From assembly GCA_963812605.1 (NCBI GenBank), contig CAWEWF010000008.1, positions 160,001-224,000 on the forward strand: a stretch of 64,000 nt of DNA, in the 5' to 3' direction. Both the position numbers and the translations under genes were made by a program. Shown here piece by piece: positions 59,895-64,000 of this stretch (positions within the stretch are counted from its first letter, which is position 1; every line of letters begins with the position of its first letter). The notes under the pieces were generated by a model. It had not been told where the DNA came from. It made no database searches and saw nothing but the letters and a program-made list of their open reading frames with translations. Source of the DNA: an uncultured Verrucomicrobiae bacterium. Its GTDB lineage: Bacteria > Verrucomicrobiota > Verrucomicrobiia > Palsa-1439.

Positions 59895-61301
59895 ATGAAC
59901 GGCGCGCTGATAAATCCCTGGAGAGGGCTGGTTCTGGCAACTGCGGAACCGCACCCCTTGATGGTCGCGCCATTCGTTCTCCTGCTCCTGGCGATCGCGC
60001 TGCTGCCATTCGTCCTCAAGCACCATTGGGAAAACCACTACCCGAAAGTGGCCATCGGCCTGGGGCTGATCACCGTGGCTTATTACGTGCTGATTTTACA
60101 CAACACGCCACGGATGCTCCTGGGTCTGATCGACTACGTCGGCTTCATGGCGTTGATCGGATCGTTGTATATAATCGCGGGCGGCATTCATATTAATATG
60201 ACAGGTCGCTCGACGCCCACGGTCAACACCGGTTTGCTGGCGCTCGGCGTGATCCTTGCGAATATCCTCGGCACCACGGGCGCATCGATGTTGTTGATTC
60301 GGCCCTTTTTGCGAATCAACAAGCCACGCATCGCGCCGCATCACGTCGTGTTCTTTATCTTCCTCGTCAGCAATATCGGCGGGGCGCTGACGCCCATCGG
60401 CGATCCGCCGTTGTTTCTGGGTTACCTGAAAGGCGTGCCGTTTTTCTGGTTGATGCAAAGGCCGCAAGTGATGTTGGCGTGGTTGCTCTGCGTGGGTGTG
60501 TTGCTCGGGCTGTTTTTTATCATCGACTCATCCAACTTCCACCGGCACAAGTTTGCTGTCGCCAAGCAGGCCAGGGACCGCATCGAGCTGGAAGGCTCGC
60601 ACAATTTCCTCTGGTTGTTCGTCATCATCGCGCTTGTGCTCGCGCAAAAGTCAGAATGGCTCGCACGATTGGAGCATTGGCCGGCCATGGCCTCCCTCGG
60701 AGACACGTTGGGCTGGAGCGCTGCCAAGGCAGCGGCAAGCTTCACGACGCTGATCACCGCCTTTTTGATGATTGGGGTGGCGAGGTTGTCGCATAAGTTC
60801 GCCAATCGGGATGCGTTGAGGGAGAACCAGTTTGATTTCGTTCCCTTGCGCGAGGTTGGACTGCTGTTCGTGGGCATCTTCGCGACGATGGTGCCGGCGC
60901 TGGACTTGTTGGAGAATCATGCTGCCAGCCTCGGCATTGCCACGGTGCGGGAATTTTATTGGGGCAGCGGATCTCTGTCCGCCATACTGGATAGTGCGCC
61001 CGCGTATCTCAATTTCCTGGCCGCCGCGTTTGGCTTGCGGCACATGTCGTTGGAAAACCCGGCGCATGTGCAGGCCTTCTTGCTCAATCCGGACACGTGG
61101 AAATATGTCGTCGCCGTGTCGCTGGGTTCGGTCTTCTTCGGCGCCGTGAGCTACATCGGCAACGGGCCGAATTTCATGGTCAAGAGCATCGCTGAATCCG
61201 CGGGAGTGAAATGCCCCAGCTTCTTCGGTTACGTCATCAAATACGCGCTGCCCATCCTGATCCCGCTGCTTGCAATCGTGTCTTGGCTGTTCTTGAGCTG
61301 A
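59895..61301 (+). CDS. IT-superfamily membrane transporter (putative Na+/H+ antiporter / citrate transporter-like)
   Basis: GTTGASMLLIRP, SNIGGALTPIGDPPLFLG and YIGNGPNFMVK motifs. Confidence 0.82.
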   Translation: MNGALINPWRGLVLATAEPHPLMVAPFVLLLLAIALLPFVLKHHWENHYPKVAIGLGLITVAYYVLILHNTPRMLLGLIDYVGFMALIGSLYIIAGGIHINMTGRSTPTVNTGLLALGVILANILGTTGASMLLIRPFLRINKPRIAPHHVVFFIFLVSNIGGALTPIGDPPLFLGYLKGVPFFWLMQRPQVMLAWLLCVGVLLGLFFIIDSSNFHRHKFAVAKQARDRIELEGSHNFLWLFVIIALVLAQKSEWLARLEHWPAMASLGDTLGWSAAKAAASFTTLITAFLMIGVARLSHKFANRDALRENQFDFVPLREVGLLFVGIFATMVPALDLLENHAASLGIATVREFYWGSGSLSAILDSAPAYLNFLAAAFGLRHMSLENPAHVQAFLLNPDTWKYVVAVSLGSVFFGAVSYIGNGPNFMVKSIAESAGVKCPSFFGYVIKYALPILIPLLAIVSWLFLS

Positions 61302-61340
61302 CTCTCTCACCGCTACGCTGCCCGGCTTACAAGATTGGGG

Positions 61341-62555
61341 TCAGTTAACCACAAGTTCCGGCAGGCGATAGGCTGCGGCGCGGTCCGCTGCCGTCTGCGT
61401 TGCGTTGCCGTCTCCAGCGCTGACGGCTTCTGCGCCTTCGGCGGCTGCCAACAGTTCTTCCTCCGTCCACGGCTGGCCCTTGGGCGAACGGCATTGCGGG
61501 AGCGAACCCATGCGCTTGAGGAATTCTTCCTTCGCAATGGCCCTCTGGTAAGCCTCGGCGGGCTCCACGATGTCTTTGGCGACAAGATCCAAAAGCGAAT
61601 CGTTCAGCGAGCACATGCCTTCTTTGCGCCCCATCTGGATGAAGTTGGGAATCTGTTGCAGTTTGCCCTCGCGAATATTCGCGCTGAGTGCGTAACTGCC
61701 CATCAGAATCTCCAGCGCCGCGACGCGTCCGCCACCTTTCTTCTTGCACAAGGTTTGGGAGACAACGCCCTTCAAACCTTCTGCCAGGCTGGTACGGACT
61801 TGCGGCTGTTCGTCTGCGGGGAATTGGTTGATGAGCCGGTCCACCGTCATGTGCGCGCTGTTGGTGTGCAGCGTGCCGAAAACCAAATGCCCCGTCTCGG
61901 CCGTTTCGAGCGCGATGGCCACGGTTTCGACATCGCGCATTTCGCCGACAAGCACGATGTCGGGATCCTCGCGCAACGCCGCCCGCAACGCGCGCTTGAA
62001 GCCGTCGGTGTGGGAATGAACTTCACGCTGGTTGAGGAGGCATTTCTTGTTCGGGTGCACGAACTCGATCGGGTCTTCAATGGTAATGATGTGGTCCGTG
62101 CGGTGTTCGTTGATGAAATCAATCAGCGCCGCCAGCGTGGTCGATTTTCCGCTGCCGGTCGGCCCGGTGACGAGCACGAGGCCCTTTTGCAGGAAACAGA
62201 GTTTCTTGATGGTATCGGGCAGACCCAAATCTTTGAAACTGCGGATCTTCGAGGGGATGAGGCGGAAGACTGCGCCGATGCCATTGCGGTCGGCGAATAC
62301 ATTACAGCGAAAGCGCGCCGCGCCGCTCAGGTCGTAGGCAAAGTCGGTATCGTGAGACTGTTCCCATTCGACACGGTTGCGTTCGGGCAGTATCTCATAA
62401 ATGAGCGATTTGACGGCGTCAGCCGTGAGAATTTCCTTACCGACGGTGGTCATCGTCCCGCCGATGCGGAAGGTGGGGCGATTCCCGCTGGAGAGATGGA
62501 AATCCGAAGCGTTCTTGGTCACCATTTCGCGGAAGTACTCGTCTAATTTAGGCAT
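61341..62555 (-). CDS. pilT: Type IV pilus retraction ATPase
   Basis: GPTGSGKSTT, TIEDPIE, ALRAALREDPD, GEMRD and TGHLVFGTLH motifs. Confidence 0.93.
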   Translation of the reverse strand: MPKLDEYFREMVTKNASDFHLSSGNRPTFRIGGTMTTVGKEILTADAVKSLIYEILPERNRVEWEQSHDTDFAYDLSGAARFRCNVFADRNGIGAVFRLIPSKIRSFKDLGLPDTIKKLCFLQKGLVLVTGPTGSGKSTTLAALIDFINEHRTDHIITIEDPIEFVHPNKKCLLNQREVHSHTDGFKRALRAALREDPDIVLVGEMRDVETVAIALETAETGHLVFGTLHTNSAHMTVDRLINQFPADEQPQVRTSLAEGLKGVVSQTLCKKKGGGRVAALEILMGSYALSANIREGKLQQIPNFIQMGRKEGMCSLNDSLLDLVAKDIVEPAEAYQRAIAKEEFLKRMGSLPQCRSPKGQPWTEEELLAAAEGAEAVSAGDGNATQTAADRAAAYRLPELVVN

Positions 62556-62615
62556 GGGGCAAATTAAAGCAGGGGCGATGCCATGATATAGACGGCCCGG
62601 AAGGGCATACAGGAC

Positions 62616-62748
62616 AGCAGTGTCTTAATTAGTCGCATCACTCATCGTTCGTGTTTTGTAGCCGAAGCGTAAGCTTCGGGAATCCACATTGCTACCACCG
62701 AAGCTTACGCTTCGGCTACAGTTGGCGGCTGAAAATTAAGACATCACC
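62616..62748. mobile_element. Second MITE of the same TIR family, containing a perfect REP doublet
   Basis: Ends AGCAGTGTCTTAATT / AATTAAGACATCACC; internal perfect 23-bp inverted repeat at 62657-79 / 62698-720. Confidence 0.7.
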
Positions 62749-62837
62749 AACACGGCCTTGAACTGGATCGCGCAACGGCTTAGAATCGGGATAGTGTTTC
62801 AGTCACTGACTGATGGGCATGGCGCTACGGTGAAAGA

Positions 62838-64000
62838 GTGCAGTTGACCCCAGTAACTGCCTCGACTGATACGCTGGCGCTAAAAGCAATGCAATCAAGA
62901 ATCAACTGCATCATCGCACTTATTTTCAGTTTGTGTCTCTGGCAGGCTGCTTATCGAATTGTCAACATGGACGTCGGTTCCGATGAATTGACAGTAATCC
63001 AGGATGTGCAAACGCCGGGACATTCCAGGTTTTTCTTCACGCATGTAGAGGCCGATAGCAATAATCCCCAATACTCCTTCAGCAAACATTTTCTTATGGC
63101 CCTGATCGCAGAGCCATGCGTCAGGTTGCTGCCGCTCGACGAAGTCACCGCTTCCCGTCTGCCATCCTTGCTCGGTCTGGTTTTATTCCTGTGCGGGGCC
63201 TGGAGACTCAAAGATAACTTCACCGGATGGTCCCAGGTACTGGTTGTATCCGCCTTGATCGGCAATGCCTTTTTGCTGGATTTCTTTTCTGTGGCTCGAG
63301 GATATGGGCTGGCCATGGGAGCCACTGCCCTTTCGCTTTCTTATTTGGTACAATTTTGGTACAATCCTCCGGATCCTCAAGCGGCTACCCCAAGCGGCTA
63401 CCCCAAGCGGCTACCTGGGCGTTGGTGTGGGCTGGCGTCTCGGCATTGGCCTGTCTGTCCTGGACATACTACTTCGTGGCGGTACTGGCGATTCTTTGGT
63501 TGCTCAAATGGCAGAAATGCGAACGCCTTGAGGGATTAAGCTGGTTGGGTAGCTCCCTATTCGGCCTTGCGATTCTGGTCTTGTATGTTTTTCCAAGAAT
63601 CATCTACGCCAGCCAAGCCAAATTCATACTCGATGAGGGTGGGAATCCGATCCAATTTGGATTTTTCGGGGAAACGATCTTGTCACTACTGGACTATTGC
63701 AGCTACGGACAGTGGGCTGCGGAAACCCTGGTCGTAGCCGGCTGGTTTATCGCGTGGATGATCGTCTTGCTGGGGATTCATGCCTGGCAATACGACAAGG
63801 TCGAAATGAAGATATTGTCAGCCGTTATGGTGACCGTCTTTATCATTTCCGAATTGGCCGCGATGTTCGGAGGGGTTCAATTGCTACGGGAAAGAACAGC
63901 GCTGTTTTTCCTGCCGATGTTTATCCTCCTGATTGCTTTCGCCGCCCAAGAATACCACTCCAAGGCACTATGGGCTTTTTTGGCATTGGCCTTACTGGTC
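62838..64000 (+). CDS. GT-C-like polytopic membrane glycosyltransferase, frame broken by a tandem repeat; runs off the window
   Basis: GSDE, SRLPSLL and FFSVARGYG motifs; the hydrophobic frame resumes at 63404 and stays open to 64000. Confidence 0.7.
63378..63415 (+). repeat. 13-bp tandem repeat x3 (CAAGCGGCTACCC)
   Basis: Units at 63378, 63391 and 63404 (the last is 12/13). Confidence 0.95.

Overview
GC-rich bacterial chromosome segment, most likely Verrucomicrobiota (inferred from GloVer repeats, a PEP-CTERM protein, a DUF1559/H-X9-DG prepilin-like protein and futalosine-pathway mqnD). It is mostly housekeeping genes: glcD/F, EPS export wza/wzc/beta-barrel, mqnD, metF, chdC, argG, glmM-cdaR-cdaA-folP-ftsH, grpE-dnaJ-rsmE, smc, suhB and pilT. 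Many single-base frameshifts look like long-read assembly errors. Highlights: (1) a cobalamin riboswitch controls a three-gene operon of surface proteins (PEP-CTERM protein, BtuH-like protein, type IV pilin-like DUF1559 protein) with no BtuB/BtuFCD, a candidate new B12-capture system; (2) a complete IS621-like IS110 element whose four bridge-RNA guide segments can be read against its own donor and target, inserted in a REP doublet that itself sits in an IS1-like MITE, with an empty identical target elsewhere in the window; (3) several REP families, including a 72-bp REP doublet translated in frame inside the SMC hinge; (4) a decayed integrase island on the 5' side of tRNA-Ser(CGA); (5) solo-antitoxin islets, one bounded by a duplicated gene 3' end. 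Family assignments are from motif recognition only; no database searches were run.
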